DNA of 64,000 bases from Collimonas fungivorans (GTDB lineage Bacteria; Pseudomonadota; Gammaproteobacteria; Burkholderiales; Burkholderiaceae_D): positions 10,147 through 74,146 of the forward strand of contig NZ_JAQGLV010000193.1 of the NCBI RefSeq assembly GCF_028292705.1, in the 5' to 3' direction. The position numbers and the translations under genes were made by a program. Positions 43,470 through 52,951 of the stretch are shown here, one piece after another. Numbering within the stretch: the stretch's first letter is position 1; each line of letters opens with the position of its first letter. A model generated the notes under the pieces. That model was not told where the DNA came from. It saw nothing but the letters and a program-made list of their open reading frames with translations, and did not search any database.

Positions 43470-44477
43470 TCAGCTGCTCTCCCGCTGGACCAGCTGATGG
43501 GGCAGCAACACCCCTTGCACGGTAGCCTCCGGATCGGCCAGCCGCTGCAGCAGCAACTGCGCCGCGGTTTCTCCGAGGGTGCGCATGGGCTGGGCGATGG
43601 TGGTCAGCGCCGGCCAGGTTTGCGCGGAAATGGCGATATCGTCGAAGCCCACCACGGCGGCGTCCTCGGGCACGCGCTTGTTCAGCTGGCGCATGGCGCT
43701 CAGGGCGCCGATAGCCAGCGTGTCCGATACAGCGAAGACGGCGCTGGGCGCATCCGGCTGCGCCATCATCTGCAGCGTGGCGTGTTTGCCGGCGTCGTAG
43801 TCGAGGCTGTCGACCTGCCGCCGCCATTCCGGGCGCGCCTGCAGTCCGGCGGCCTGCAAGGCGTCGAGATAACCACGCTGGCGTTCGCGCGCATAACGGT
43901 AGCGCTGGTCCGAATTGATCAGGCCGATGCGGGTGTGGCCGCGGGCTATCAGGTGACGTACGGCGTCGCCGGCGGCGCTGTAGTTGTCGACGCCGACATA
44001 CGGTACGGCGATGCCGGGGTCGAATTCGCAGCAGGCGACCCAAGGCAGGATGTTGGATTCGTTGGCCAGGGCGTGCTGCACGGTATCCGGATCGAGGCAG
44101 ATTGCGCCATCGGCGCGGTGCGTGCGCAGCAGGTCGAAATAGGCGCTCTCGCGCCCGGCTTCGGCGCCGGTATCGCACAGCATGACGAAATAACCGTGTT
44201 CGCGCGCCACGCTGTCGATGCCGCGCACGATTTCCGAATAAAACGGATTGCCGACGTCCGGCACCATGGTCAGCAGCAGGCGGCTGGTGGCGGTGCGCAG
44301 GTTGCGGGCCAGGTGGTTCAGCCGATAGCCCAGCGCTGTCACGGAGGTCATTACCTTGTCGCGGGTCCCGGGCCGTACGCCATCCATGTCGTTCATGACG
44401 CGTGACACGGTGGCCACCGATACGCCGGCATGCAGGGCGACAGCGGAGATCGAGGCGGACGTGGTTTTAGGCGGCAT
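43470..44477 (-). CDS. LacI family transcriptional regulator
   Basis: VALHAGVSVATVSRV HTH, ARNL hinge, GFDD...PALTTI. Confidence 0.95.
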   Translation of the reverse strand: MPPKTTSASISAVALHAGVSVATVSRVMNDMDGVRPGTRDKVMTSVTALGYRLNHLARNLRTATSRLLLTMVPDVGNPFYSEIVRGIDSVAREHGYFVMLCDTGAEAGRESAYFDLLRTHRADGAICLDPDTVQHALANESNILPWVACCEFDPGIAVPYVGVDNYSAAGDAVRHLIARGHTRIGLINSDQRYRYARERQRGYLDALQAAGLQARPEWRRQVDSLDYDAGKHATLQMMAQPDAPSAVFAVSDTLAIGALSAMRQLNKRVPEDAAVVGFDDIAISAQTWPALTTIAQPMRTLGETAAQLLLQRLADPEATVQGVLLPHQLVQRESS

Positions 44478-44506
44478 GGAAGGGTTTCGTTTGCTGTGGC
44501 CAATTT

Positions 44507-44526
44507 AAATGTAATCGATTACATTT
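44507..44526. promoter_or_regulatory. Perfect 20-bp palindrome, LacI-family operator
   Basis: AAATGTAATCGATTACATTT with central CG, about 30 bp upstream of the LacI start. Confidence 0.8.
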
Positions 44527-44708
44527 GGTTTATACGTGCTCGCTGCGTGGCTGGCAAGATGAATCCATGCTGTGATGCAACATCAAAACCGGACTTGGAA
44601 AGGGCAAGGAGGGGGAGAATCGCAGAGCAGGAAAGGAAGCAGGAAGGGCAACAGAAACGCCAAAACCGGGGGTATCACCATGTTCAAGCAAAACAAACAA
44701 AAAAGGAT

Positions 44709-46004
44709 ATGTCTATGAGCAGCATTGCAAGCCGCAGCACCGTCGCAACGCCTTTCGAACAGCACCCGCAGACTTGGCGCGCCGTCATTTCATCATCCAT
44801 CGGCAATGCGCTGGAATGGTTCGATGTCTTGCTGTACAGCGCCATGGCGGTCACCATCGCCAAACTGTTTTTCCCGACGGCGAACCAGACCGTATCGCTG
44901 CTGATTACCTTCGCCACCTTCGGCGTCTCGTTTTTCATGCGGCCGCTGGGCGCGGTGGTCATCGGCGCCTATTCTGACCGGGTCGGGCGCAAGGCCGCCT
45001 TGACGCTGTCGATCCTGCTGATGATGATCGGCACCTTGCTGATCGCCATCATGCCGACCTATGCCCAGATCGGCTTGTGGGCGCCGGCCGGCATCGTGCT
45101 GGCGCGCTTGCTGCAAGGGTTTTCCGCCGGCGGCGAATTCGGCAGCTCGACCGCTTTCCTGGTGGAGCATGCGCCGCACCGGCGCGGATTCTTTTCCAGC
45201 TGGCAGGTCGCCAGCCAGGGGCTGAGCATCGTGCTGGCGGCGCTGGCCGGGGCGCTGCTGTCGTCGCAGCTCTCCACCGAGCAGCTGGAATCGTGGGGCT
45301 GGCGCTTGCCGTTTTTCTTCGGGTTGCTGATCGGGCCGGCCGGTTATTACATCCGCAAGAACCTGGAAGAGTCGCCTGAGTTCGCCCAGGCCGACGCCAC
45401 CCGCACGCCGCTGCGCGACATCATGACCAGCCAGAAGATGCGGCTGCTGATCGGTTCCGGCAGCGTCATCATGGCGACCGTGTCGGTGTACCTGGTGGTC
45501 TACATGCCGACCTACGCGGTCAAGCAGCTGGGCATGACGTCGACCGCTTCGTTCAGCGCCACCATCCTGGCCGGCCTGATCATGCTGCTGTTCTCGCCGG
45601 TGGTCGGCCAGCTCTCCGATAAATATGGGCGCACTCCGTTCATGCTGGCCAGCAGCGTGCTGTTCGTGCTGCTGACTTATCCCTTGTTCTCCTGGCTGTC
45701 GTTCAACCCGAGCTTCATCAACCTGCTGCTGGTGCAAGGCGTGATCGGCCTGCTGATGACCATGTATTTCGCCGCTATGCCGGCGCTGCTGTCGGATATT
45801 TTCCCGGTCCAGACGCGAGGCACCGGCATGTCCCTGAGCTACAACATTGCGGTGATGATTTTCGGCGGCTTTGCAGGGATGATGATTACCTGGCTGATTG
45901 CTGTTACAGAGAACAAGCTGGCGGTGACCTTTTACGTGATTGGCGGGGCATTGCTGAGCGTGATCGCCACGCTTGCCGCGCGCTACAAGCTGCGCTTGCG
46001 TTAA
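44709..46004 (+). CDS. MFS metabolite:H+ symporter (MHS family; ProP/CitA/KgtP-like)
   Basis: GNALEWFD, MRPLG, DRVGRK, RLLQGFSAGGE, WGWR; AAGGA SD. Confidence 0.92.
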   Translation: MSMSSIASRSTVATPFEQHPQTWRAVISSSIGNALEWFDVLLYSAMAVTIAKLFFPTANQTVSLLITFATFGVSFFMRPLGAVVIGAYSDRVGRKAALTLSILLMMIGTLLIAIMPTYAQIGLWAPAGIVLARLLQGFSAGGEFGSSTAFLVEHAPHRRGFFSSWQVASQGLSIVLAALAGALLSSQLSTEQLESWGWRLPFFFGLLIGPAGYYIRKNLEESPEFAQADATRTPLRDIMTSQKMRLLIGSGSVIMATVSVYLVVYMPTYAVKQLGMTSTASFSATILAGLIMLLFSPVVGQLSDKYGRTPFMLASSVLFVLLTYPLFSWLSFNPSFINLLLVQGVIGLLMTMYFAAMPALLSDIFPVQTRGTGMSLSYNIAVMIFGGFAGMMITWLIAVTENKLAVTFYVIGGALLSVIATLAARYKLRLR

Positions 46005-46045
46005 GCGCTCCAATTGCATGGCAGTCAAGATGGCTTGCCTGTCAT

Positions 46046-46112
46046 GCAAAAAATATTCGATTAAAAAATTAAACGAAAAATTGTTTCTATTTTCGAGAAT
46101 CGTGCCTACAAT
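46046..46112 (+). promoter_or_regulatory. iolG promoter with two IolR-like boxes
   Basis: GCAA-N6-TTCG (46046) and GAAA-N6-TTCT (46075), 29 bp apart; TTTCTA-17-TACAAT. Confidence 0.6.
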
Positions 46113-46163
46113 GGCAGAAAGCGGTAACCGACCAAAATACAAACATAGACACGGAGATGAACC

Positions 46164-47156
46164 ATGATGAACGTTGCGGTATTCGGCGCCGGCCGTATCG
46201 GCAAGATCCATGCGGGCAACCTGGTGCTGCAGCCGGGCGCCAATCTGAAATACGTTAGTGACATCAATGCACAAGCCGCGCAGGAACTGGCCGGGCAGCA
46301 TGGCGCGCAGGTGGCGGATATCGACGGCGTACTGGCCGATCCGAGCATAGGCGCGGTGCTGATCGCCTCCAGCACCGACACCCACGCAGACCTGATCATG
46401 CGCGCGGCGGCGGCGGGCAAGGCGATCTTTTGCGAGAAGCCGGTCGACCTGACGCTGGAGCGCGCCAAGGCATGCGCGCGCGCGGTGGCCGACGCCGGGG
46501 TGACTTGCATGATCGGTTTCCAGCGCCGTTTCGATCCGACATTCCATGCGCTGAAGACGCGCCTGTCCGCCGGCGAAATCGGCGATCCGGAAATGCTGAT
46601 CGTCACCAGCCGCGACCCTGGCGCGCCGCCGGTGTCGTATATCAAAAGCTCGGGCGGCATATTCAAGGACATGCTGATCCACGATTTCGATATTTTCCGC
46701 TGGATACTGGAAGACGAAGCCGTCAGCATCTCGGCCACCGGCAGCTGCCTGACCGATCCGGCGATAGCCGAAGCCGGCGACATCGATTGCGCCGCGGTCA
46801 CCATCCGCAGCCGGCGCGGCCGCCTGTGCCAGATCAATACCAGCCGCCGCGCCGCCTATGGCTACGACCAGCGTTTCGAAGTGCTGGGCAGCAAGGGCAT
46901 GCTGCAGGCCGGCAACCACAAACCGACCGAGGTGGTCGCCGCCACCGGGCACAGCGTCAGCCAGGACAAGCCCGAGCATTTTTTCCTGGAGCGCTATCGT
47001 GCTGCCTATGCCAGCGAGATCGCCCATTTTTTTGATGCGGTGGTGAACAAAGTGGCAGTACGCACCACGATTGAAGACGGCGTCAAGGCCCTGGAACTGG
47101 CCGAAGCGGCAACCCTGTCCTGGCGTGAAAACCGTACCATCGAGCTGGCCAAATGA
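46164..47156 (+). CDS. iolG: myo-inositol 2-dehydrogenase
   Basis: GAGRIG, CEKP, GFQRRFDP, TSRDP, DMLIHDFD, YGYDQRFE. Confidence 0.92.
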   Translation: MMNVAVFGAGRIGKIHAGNLVLQPGANLKYVSDINAQAAQELAGQHGAQVADIDGVLADPSIGAVLIASSTDTHADLIMRAAAAGKAIFCEKPVDLTLERAKACARAVADAGVTCMIGFQRRFDPTFHALKTRLSAGEIGDPEMLIVTSRDPGAPPVSYIKSSGGIFKDMLIHDFDIFRWILEDEAVSISATGSCLTDPAIAEAGDIDCAAVTIRSRRGRLCQINTSRRAAYGYDQRFEVLGSKGMLQAGNHKPTEVVAATGHSVSQDKPEHFFLERYRAAYASEIAHFFDAVVNKVAVRTTIEDGVKALELAEAATLSWRENRTIELAK

Positions 47157-48178
47157 ACCATTCCCGGACACTGAAAGTCGGCATCGTCGGCCTTGGCAGG
47201 CTAGGGCGGCGGCATGCGGAAAACCTGATGTCGCGGGTGACCGGCGCCGAGCTGGCGGCGGCCTGCAGTCCCTTGCCGGCAGAACTGGAGTGGGCGCGCG
47301 ATACTCTGCAGGTGCCGCATCTGTACGCCGACTATGAAGCCCTGCTGGCCCACGACGGGCTGGATGCGGTATTCCTGGTGACGCCGACATCCTTGCATCC
47401 GCAGCAGATCATCCAGGCTTTGCAGGCCGGCAAACATGTGTTTTGCGAAAAACCCCTGTCGCTGGACCTGGAGGATTGCCGCCGGGTCAGCGCCGAGGCA
47501 GCGCGTCATCCGCAGCTGAAGGTGATGATCGGTTTTGTGCGCCGCTTCGACGCCAGCTATCAGGACGCTTATAAAAAAATCCAGCAAGGCGCCATCGGTG
47601 CGCCGTTCATGGTGTATTCGCAGACTTGCGACCAGCACGATCCGGACGGATTCTTTGTCAAGTTCGCCGCTACCAGCGGCGGCATCTTCCTCGATTGCAG
47701 CGTGCACGATATCGACCTGGCGCGCTGGCTGCTCGGCAACCCGCGGCCGGTCCGTGTCTATGCCAGCGGCACCCGCGCCATCCATCAGGACCTGCAGCAG
47801 TTCCAGGACGTCGACAATGGTGTCGCCATCTGCGAGTTCGACAACGGCAAGCTGGCCACCTTCTACGCCTCGCGCACGATGGCGCACGGCCACGACACCA
47901 TGACTGAAATCACCGGCACGGCGGGGCGCCTGACAGTGGGCAGCAATCCGCGCAAGAACCGCCTGGAAATCGCCGACGCCCATGGCGTCCGCAACGAATG
48001 TGTGCCCAGTTTCTTCGAGCGTTTCGAAGACGCCTTCCTGACCGAGGTCAGTACTTTCGTGGACGCGATACGCCGGGAGCAAAAGTTGGAGCTCACTCTG
48101 GACGACGCTACCGAGGCGACCCGGATCGGCATTGCTTTGCGCGAATCGTTGCTGTCAAAACAGCCAGTGTTGTTATGA
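47153..48178 (+). CDS. Second inositol dehydrogenase-like Gfo/Idh/MocA oxidoreductase
   Basis: GLGRLG, CEKP, GFVRRFD, DCSVHDID; ATGA-coupled to iolG. Confidence 0.88.
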   Translation: MNHSRTLKVGIVGLGRLGRRHAENLMSRVTGAELAAACSPLPAELEWARDTLQVPHLYADYEALLAHDGLDAVFLVTPTSLHPQQIIQALQAGKHVFCEKPLSLDLEDCRRVSAEAARHPQLKVMIGFVRRFDASYQDAYKKIQQGAIGAPFMVYSQTCDQHDPDGFFVKFAATSGGIFLDCSVHDIDLARWLLGNPRPVRVYASGTRAIHQDLQQFQDVDNGVAICEFDNGKLATFYASRTMAHGHDTMTEITGTAGRLTVGSNPRKNRLEIADAHGVRNECVPSFFERFEDAFLTEVSTFVDAIRREQKLELTLDDATEATRIGIALRESLLSKQPVLL

Positions 48179-48263
48179 CTGCCCTTGCCTGGACACGCGG
48201 TGGTATGCGTATTCGATTGGGCGGGGTGGTAAAAAAGAGAAGGGAAAAGCCAGGACCAAGACT

Positions 48264-48626
48264 TTATTTGGTTGCGATGAAATAGACAACGGAAACCAGC
48301 AAGCCTGTAACGCCAATCAGTTTCCAGGTCAGTCCGTGCAGTTCCTTGTGCATGCTGGAAAATTCTTTATGCATAGTGGATTCAAGGTCTTTCAAGTCGG
48401 ATGTTGTGGCGCAGGCATCCAGCCTTGTTTCTATGCGTGAAAGGCGTTCGCGCGTGTCGGCCGCAGACTCTTCGAGTTTGCCGATTCTTGTTTCCAGCGC
48501 GCCTGCCTGGCAGTTGTCGGCAGCAAGATGCGATTTTTGTGCTTGCGTGCGTTTCTCGGTGAGATGTTTAAGTTCGGTCATGACTTTCCTCAAAGCATGT
48601 TGCGCATCATGAATGTGCGGTGACAT
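48264..48626 (-). CDS. Hypothetical coiled-coil protein with a C-terminal TM anchor
   Basis: LETRIGKLE...RERLSRIETRLD..ATTSDL heptads, then WKLIGVTGLLVSVVYFIA; AT-richer than its flanks. Confidence 0.6.
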   Translation of the reverse strand: MSPHIHDAQHALRKVMTELKHLTEKRTQAQKSHLAADNCQAGALETRIGKLEESAADTRERLSRIETRLDACATTSDLKDLESTMHKEFSSMHKELHGLTWKLIGVTGLLVSVVYFIATK

Positions 48627-48665
48627 TGATAGCTTGAGAAATATTAACGCAATTTCAGTGCTTTT

Positions 48666-49532
48666 TTATTCATCATAACCTTCAATTGCACCGGTTTCCT
48701 CTACATTAAGCTCTAACCTATAAGCCAAGGCAATGAACAGCGCCTGGCACAGGCACATCGCATTGGTCAGCGAACGGAAGGCGAAGGCGCTGCCTTCCTT
48801 CACCGTCAGCAGCACCGACGCATGCCGGGCCAGCGGACTCAGCTGGCTGTCGGTGATGACCAGCGACTTGGCCTGGTGGTGATGCGCCAGCCGCACGCAA
48901 GCCTGGGTTTCCTTGCCGTAAGGCGTAAAGCTGATCGCGATCACCACGTCGTTCTTGCCTATGCTGCGGATCTGCTCGCGGATCATGCCGCCCAGTCCGG
49001 ATAGCAGGTGCACGCGCTTGTTGGTGTGCTGCAAGGCATACACGATGTAGCTGGCGATAGGAAAGGAGCGGCGCACGCCGATCACGTAGATGTTCTCGGC
49101 CTTCTGCAGCAGCTTGACCGCCGCGTCGAACTGCACGTCGTCCATGCCGTTCAGCAGTTCATCCAGGCCGCTGCGGCTGGCGGCGATGAATTCGCGCGCC
49201 ATCGAACCGCCGGTGAGCGGGGTCGGCTTGGCGTCGATCAGCTTGCGTATCCGTTGCTGGTAGTTTTGCGAAGGGATCGCCTGCGCCGTATAGGCGTCGC
49301 GGAAAACCGCCTGCATCTCGCTGAAGCCGCTGAAGCCGAACTGCTTGGCGAAGCGCACGATGGCGGACGGCTGCACATCGCAATGCTCGGCGATGTCGCT
49401 GATCCGTTCCAGCATCAGGCTGCCGCGGTGCTGTTCCACATAGGTGGCGATAATCTTCAGCTGGCGCGAAAGCGTTGCGTATTGTTCGGCGATTTGCAGC
49501 ATCAGCTGGTCGACAGTCGGCGTATCTGCCAT
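48666..49532 (-). CDS. iolR: RpiR/MurR family regulator IolR
   Basis: VQPSAIVRFAKQFGFSGFSEMQ HTH plus SIS domain (ISFTPY, ITDSQLSPL); within the iol locus. Confidence 0.85.
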   Translation of the reverse strand: MADTPTVDQLMLQIAEQYATLSRQLKIIATYVEQHRGSLMLERISDIAEHCDVQPSAIVRFAKQFGFSGFSEMQAVFRDAYTAQAIPSQNYQQRIRKLIDAKPTPLTGGSMAREFIAASRSGLDELLNGMDDVQFDAAVKLLQKAENIYVIGVRRSFPIASYIVYALQHTNKRVHLLSGLGGMIREQIRSIGKNDVVIAISFTPYGKETQACVRLAHHHQAKSLVITDSQLSPLARHASVLLTVKEGSAFAFRSLTNAMCLCQALFIALAYRLELNVEETGAIEGYDE

Positions 49533-49585
49533 GGTGTTCTTTCTGGTTTATGTCGTGGAGCAATTATAAAGAAAATTTGGCAAGT

Positions 49586-49653
49586 GAAAATAAAATTCTA
49601 AATTAAATTTAATTGAAAAAAACGTTGCATATTGAATCCGCTTGTTCTATTGT
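49586..49653 (+). promoter_or_regulatory. iol ABC/iolCDEB promoter with two IolR-like boxes
   Basis: GAAA-N6-TTCT (49586) and GAAA-AAAACG-TTGCA (49615), 29 bp apart; TTGCAT-17-TATTGT. Confidence 0.62.
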
Positions 49654-49727
49654 TTAATACCGATGACGCTGTCGGATCCGGGCGATCAGCCTAAAGAATA
49701 GTGAATAAAACAACAACGGAGACAACT

Positions 49728-50771
49728 ATGCAACGACTCAGATGCAAGGGCCTGACCAGGGCCCTGATGGTGACGGCGCTGGCGATGAGCTTTGGCGCCA
49801 TGAACCCCAGTTATGCCGCAAATGAAAAATTCGTCCTGATCAGCCACGCACCGGATTCCGATTCCTGGTGGAACACCATCAAGAACGCCATCAAGCAGGC
49901 CGGCGAAGATTTCAACGTTACAGTCGATTACCGCAATCCGCCCAATGGCGACCTGTCCGACATGTCGCGCCTGATCGAACAGGCCGCGGCCCGTCATTAT
50001 GATGGCGTGATCGCCAGCATCGCCGATTTCAGCGTGCTGAAAAAAGCCATGGAAAACGTCACCGCCAAGAAAATCCCGCTGGTCACCATCAATTCCGGCA
50101 CCCAGCAGCAAAGTGAAGAGCTGGGCGCGATCATGCACGTCGGCCAGCCGGAATACGATGCAGGCAAGGGCGCCGGCGAAAAAGCCAAGGCAGCCGGCAT
50201 CAAGTCTTTCCTGTGCGTCAACCACTATGCCACCAATCCTTCCTCCTTCGAGCGCTGCCGCGGTTTTGCCGAGGCCATCGGCGTCGATTATAAAAAATCA
50301 ACACTGGACGCAGGCCAGGATCCGACCGGCATAGAGAGCAAGGTCAGCGCCTACCTGCGCAACAATCCCGGCACCCAGGCGGTGCTGGCGCTCGGTCCGG
50401 ATTCGGCGTCGCCAAGCTTGCGCGCGCTGCAAAAAATGGGTTTGAAGGGCAAGATGTGGTTCGCTACCTTCGACCTGTCCGAAGAAGTCGCCAAGGGCAT
50501 CAAGGATGGTTCGGTGCAGTTTGCGATTGACCAGCAACCCTACCTGCAAGGTTATATCCCGGTCGCCGTGCTAGCCATCATGACGCAAAACAAGACCACC
50601 GACGTCGCCACCATCCAGGCCAAGCTGAAAGCCAATCCGAAGTTCCAGGCGCGGCTGGCTGAATATGGGTTGGCGCCGCTCTACGGACCGCGCCACATCA
50701 GCTCCGGTCCTGGCTACATCACCAAGGACAACCTCGACAAAGTGCTGAAATACGCTGGCCAGTATCGCTGA
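49728..50771 (+). CDS. Inositol/sugar ABC transporter substrate-binding protein
   Basis: Signal peptide, SHAPDSDSWW, FAIDQQPYLQGY; GGAG SD. Confidence 0.9.
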   Translation: MQRLRCKGLTRALMVTALAMSFGAMNPSYAANEKFVLISHAPDSDSWWNTIKNAIKQAGEDFNVTVDYRNPPNGDLSDMSRLIEQAAARHYDGVIASIADFSVLKKAMENVTAKKIPLVTINSGTQQQSEELGAIMHVGQPEYDAGKGAGEKAKAAGIKSFLCVNHYATNPSSFERCRGFAEAIGVDYKKSTLDAGQDPTGIESKVSAYLRNNPGTQAVLALGPDSASPSLRALQKMGLKGKMWFATFDLSEEVAKGIKDGSVQFAIDQQPYLQGYIPVAVLAIMTQNKTTDVATIQAKLKANPKFQARLAEYGLAPLYGPRHISSGPGYITKDNLDKVLKYAGQYR

Positions 50772-50792
50772 TCCAGCGCCTTGTTTTAACAT

Positions 50793-50824
50793 GGCTGCCC
50801 GCAGCGGCGACGCTGCCGGCAGCC
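50793..50824 (+). other. GC-rich GNRA-capped hairpin after the SBP gene
   Basis: GGCTGCC-C-GCAGCG-GCGA-CGCTGC-C-GGCAGCC, with no U-tract. Confidence 0.6.
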
Positions 50825-50960
50825 GATAAGTGGAAACCCCAGGGGGACGATGCACCCGGGTCTTGTTACGCCCGAGGCATCTCGCCATACCCCATCAGGC
50901 CGTTCCGTTTTGAGCCCTACCAGCGGCCGGCCAGCAGCCAATACAGCAGGAGATACAACC

Positions 50961-52130
50961 ATGAATTCAAGCAGTGTGCACGCTGACAAGCTAGGCGCCG
51001 ACGGCGCACCCGCTCATCTTGCAGCGCCGCAGAAGGCCGCGCCGAAAGACGAGCGGGTCCGCAAGGAAGGTTCTTTGAAGCGTTTCCTGGGACGTCCGGA
51101 ATTTGCCTCGCTGGCAGGCGCGATCCTGGTCTTTATCGTATTCGGTTTCGCCGCCGGCGATTCCGGCATGTTCAACCTGGATGGCGTCGTCAACTGGATG
51201 CAGGTGGCGGCCTACCTGGGCCTGATCTCCATCGGCGCCTGCGTGCTGATGATCGCCGGCGAGTTCGATTTGTCGATCGGTTCGATGATCGGCTTCGCCG
51301 GCATGATGGTGGCGATTCCCACCGTCTATTTCCACTGGCCGTTCTGGCTGGCGGTGCTGTTTGCCTTTGCCGGCTCGATGGCGCTGGGCTGGCTCAACGG
51401 CTACCTGGTGGTCAAGACCCGGCTGCCTTCCTTCATCGTCACGCTGGCGTTCATGTTCATCCTGCGCGGCCTGACGCTGGCGTTGTCGATCATGTTCGCC
51501 AACCGCACCATCGTCAGCGGCGTCGGCGACCTCGCGGCGAACGACTGGCTGGGCAGCTGGCTGTTCACCGGCAATCTCGGCAGCGGGCTGTTCCACTGGA
51601 TGGCCGCCCACGGCTGGATCGCCACCATGGCCAACGGCCAGCCGCTGGTGGCCGGGATTCCCAAGGTGATCGCCTGGTGGCTGGTGCTGGCGCTGGCGGC
51701 GAGCTTTGTGCTGGCGCGCACCCGTTTCGGCAACTGGATCTTCGCCGTCGGCGGCGACGCCAACGCCGCCAAGAACGTCGGCGTGCCGGTCAAGCGGGTC
51801 AAGACGTCGCTGTTCGTGTTCACCGCTTTCTGCGCCTGCCTGTTCGCCGTGCTGCAGGTGGCCGACGTCGGCTCGGCCGCGGCCGACCGCGGCTTGCAGA
51901 AGGAATTTGAAGCCATCATTGCTGCCGTGATCGGCGGCGCCTTGCTGACCGGCGGTTACGGTTCGGTGATCGGCGCCTGCTTCGGCGCCCTGATCTTCGG
52001 CGTGGTGCAGATCGGCATCACCTATACCAATCTCAATTCGGACTGGTTCCGCGTGTTCCTCGGCGTGATGCTGCTGGTGGCCGTATTGTTCAACAATTAT
52101 GTCCGTCGCCGTGTGACGGAAGCGAGGTAA
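50961..52130 (+). CDS. Inositol ABC transporter permease
   Basis: [29 protein letters not shown]; AGGAG SD before 50961. Confidence 0.92.
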   Translation: MNSSSVHADKLGADGAPAHLAAPQKAAPKDERVRKEGSLKRFLGRPEFASLAGAILVFIVFGFAAGDSGMFNLDGVVNWMQVAAYLGLISIGACVLMIAGEFDLSIGSMIGFAGMMVAIPTVYFHWPFWLAVLFAFAGSMALGWLNGYLVVKTRLPSFIVTLAFMFILRGLTLALSIMFANRTIVSGVGDLAANDWLGSWLFTGNLGSGLFHWMAAHGWIATMANGQPLVAGIPKVIAWWLVLALAASFVLARTRFGNWIFAVGGDANAAKNVGVPVKRVKTSLFVFTAFCACLFAVLQVADVGSAAADRGLQKEFEAIIAAVIGGALLTGGYGSVIGACFGALIFGVVQIGITYTNLNSDWFRVFLGVMLLVAVLFNNYVRRRVTEAR

Positions 52131-52132
52131 TC

Positions 52133-52915
<783 letters not shown>

Positions 52916-52951
52916 GTCCAAGTTCAAATGGTTCAGTTAAGGAAAGCACTC

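Noticed and set aside
44793-47390. 865-aa minus-strand ORF
   Set aside because: Antisense shadow of the MFS and iolG genes caused by high-GC codon bias; no recognisable motifs.
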